Source: Candidatus Iainarchaeum sp. (GTDB taxonomy: Archaea > Iainarchaeota > Iainarchaeia > Iainarchaeales > 0-14-0-20-34-12). From it: a DNA stretch of 32,000 nt. The notes under the pieces were generated by a model. The model had not been told where the DNA came from and did not search any database. It saw nothing but the letters and a program-made list of their open reading frames with translations. Positions 31,418 through 32,000 of the stretch are shown one piece after another. Positions within the stretch are counted from its first letter, which is position 1; each line of letters starts with the position of its first letter. Location of the stretch: positions 21,533-53,532 of the forward strand of contig JAUSKK010000008.1 of the NCBI GenBank assembly GCA_030649345.1, in the 5' to 3' direction. The position numbers and the translations under genes were made by a program.

Positions 31418-31434
31418 ACCCCCCGTAAGGGGGT
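31418..31434. other. GC hairpin ACCCCCC-GTAA-GGGGGT in the divergent HD / TrmB promoter spacer
   Basis: Five G:C pairs closed by a GNRA-type GTAA loop. This is the only GC block in an 81-nt AT-rich spacer. Confidence 0.4.
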
Positions 31435-31466
31435 TATTATTTAATTGTTTAGGGATAAAGATTTCT

Positions 31467-32000
31467 ATGAATGAATCTTTATTGAATGATTTGGGTTTAA
31501 CCCATGGAGAAGCCCGAGTTTATTTATCTTTATTGAATTTAGGTCCTTCGAAGGTTGGTTTGATTGTAAAGAAATCCAATGTGGCTTCTTCGAAAGTATA
31601 TGCAATCTTAGATAAGCTCATTCAAAAAGGATTGGTTAGTTACATTTTTCAAGGAAAACTAAAAGTGTATTCTGCAGCGAATCCTTTACGGTTATTGGAT
31701 TATGCGGAAGAACTGAAGGATAAAGTAGACGAAACTAAAATTCAACTGGAAAAAATATTGCCTTTGTTGGAAAGTAAATTTTTAGCAACCCGGGCTGACT
31801 ATCACGCGGAAATTTTTGAAGGCTTGAGGGGTATACGAAATTTTTTTGATTTATCTAAAAAAGATTTAAAAAAAGGAGAAGTTTTGTATACCTTGGGATA
31901 TACGCAAGAAGCCAGTAGTTTATTTTCCGGTTACTTTAAAGAATACCATCGCTGGAAAGCCAAACAAAAAGTTTTGTCCAGAGTTATTTTTACTTACGAT
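31467..32000 (+). CDS. TrmB-family transcriptional regulator (3'-partial, runs off the window)
   Basis: My translation from the ATG at 31467: MNESLLNDLGLTHGEARVYLSLLNLGPSKVGLIVKKSNVASSKVYAILDKLIQKGLVSYI..., a typical TrmB N-terminal winged helix. Not in the supplied ORF track because it is open-ended. Confidence 0.75.
   Translation, partial: MNESLLNDLGLTHGEARVYLSLLNLGPSKVGLIVKKSNVASSKVYAILDKLIQKGLVSYIFQGKLKVYSAANPLRLLDYAEELKDKVDETKIQLEKILPLLESKFLATRADYHAEIFEGLRGIRNFFDLSKKDLKKGEVLYTLGYTQEASSLFSGYFKEYHRWKAKQKVLSRVIFTYD

Noticed and set aside
26390-31466. An integrated element bounded by the tRNA-Gly(GCC)-like sequence
   Set aside because: No integrase or recombinase gene was seen, and I found no second copy of the tRNA 3' half at a distal border. 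The cluster is kept only as an accessory-looking finding, not called a mobile element.
1-32000. CRISPR arrays, rRNA genes, IS elements or transposases
   Set aside because: Reading both strands revealed no regularly spaced direct repeats, no rRNA-like conserved stretches and no transposase-like ORFs.

Overview
This is a low-GC (about one-third G+C by eye, not computed) archaeal chromosome segment, most consistent with a small-genome DPANN-type archaeon.

**Core genes.** The left third carries the conserved archaeal cluster rps19e, PDCD5-like, rpl39e, rpl31e, eif6, rplX, pfdA and ftsY, followed by srp54. Further core genes are scattered to about 25 kb: RNase P Rpp21, YhbY, tmk, pth2, a circularly permuted GTPase, hjc, dnaG, an intron-containing tRNA-Gly(UCC) and tRNA-Val(GAC).

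**Accessory region.** The right end (about 25.3-32 kb) looks accessory. It holds cupin and DHFR-like genes, a free-standing LAGLIDADG protein whose 3' tail runs antisense through a tRNA-Gly(GCC)-like sequence, an orphan NurA, a VapBC-like pair, an overlapping HD + PEP-swivel gene pair, and TrmB.

**Most unusual signals:**
- Seven dispersed, paralog-like genes (about 4.8 kb in total) encode helical proteins with an M-x-[RK]-P-K-K-P-type basic N-terminus. Each appears to have its own TATA-like promoter and no Shine-Dalgarno. They are wedged between housekeeping genes.
- Two housekeeping genes (PDCD5-like and eif6) have their last 8 codons plus stop duplicated 81 and 116 nt downstream. Each duplication brackets a small GC-rich two-hairpin insert. 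One insert hairpin resembles the first hairpin of the 86-nt tRNA-Gly intron.
- A solitary RelA/SpoT-type (toxSAS/CapRel-like) gene.
- A signal-peptide / Cys-rich ectodomain / TM / coiled-coil / HNH nuclease fusion.
- A RibD-like gene with an in-frame TAA exactly at the LEPC zinc motif.

No CRISPR array, rRNA, transposase or integrase was recognised. All protein assignments come from motif recognition by eye, not from database searches.
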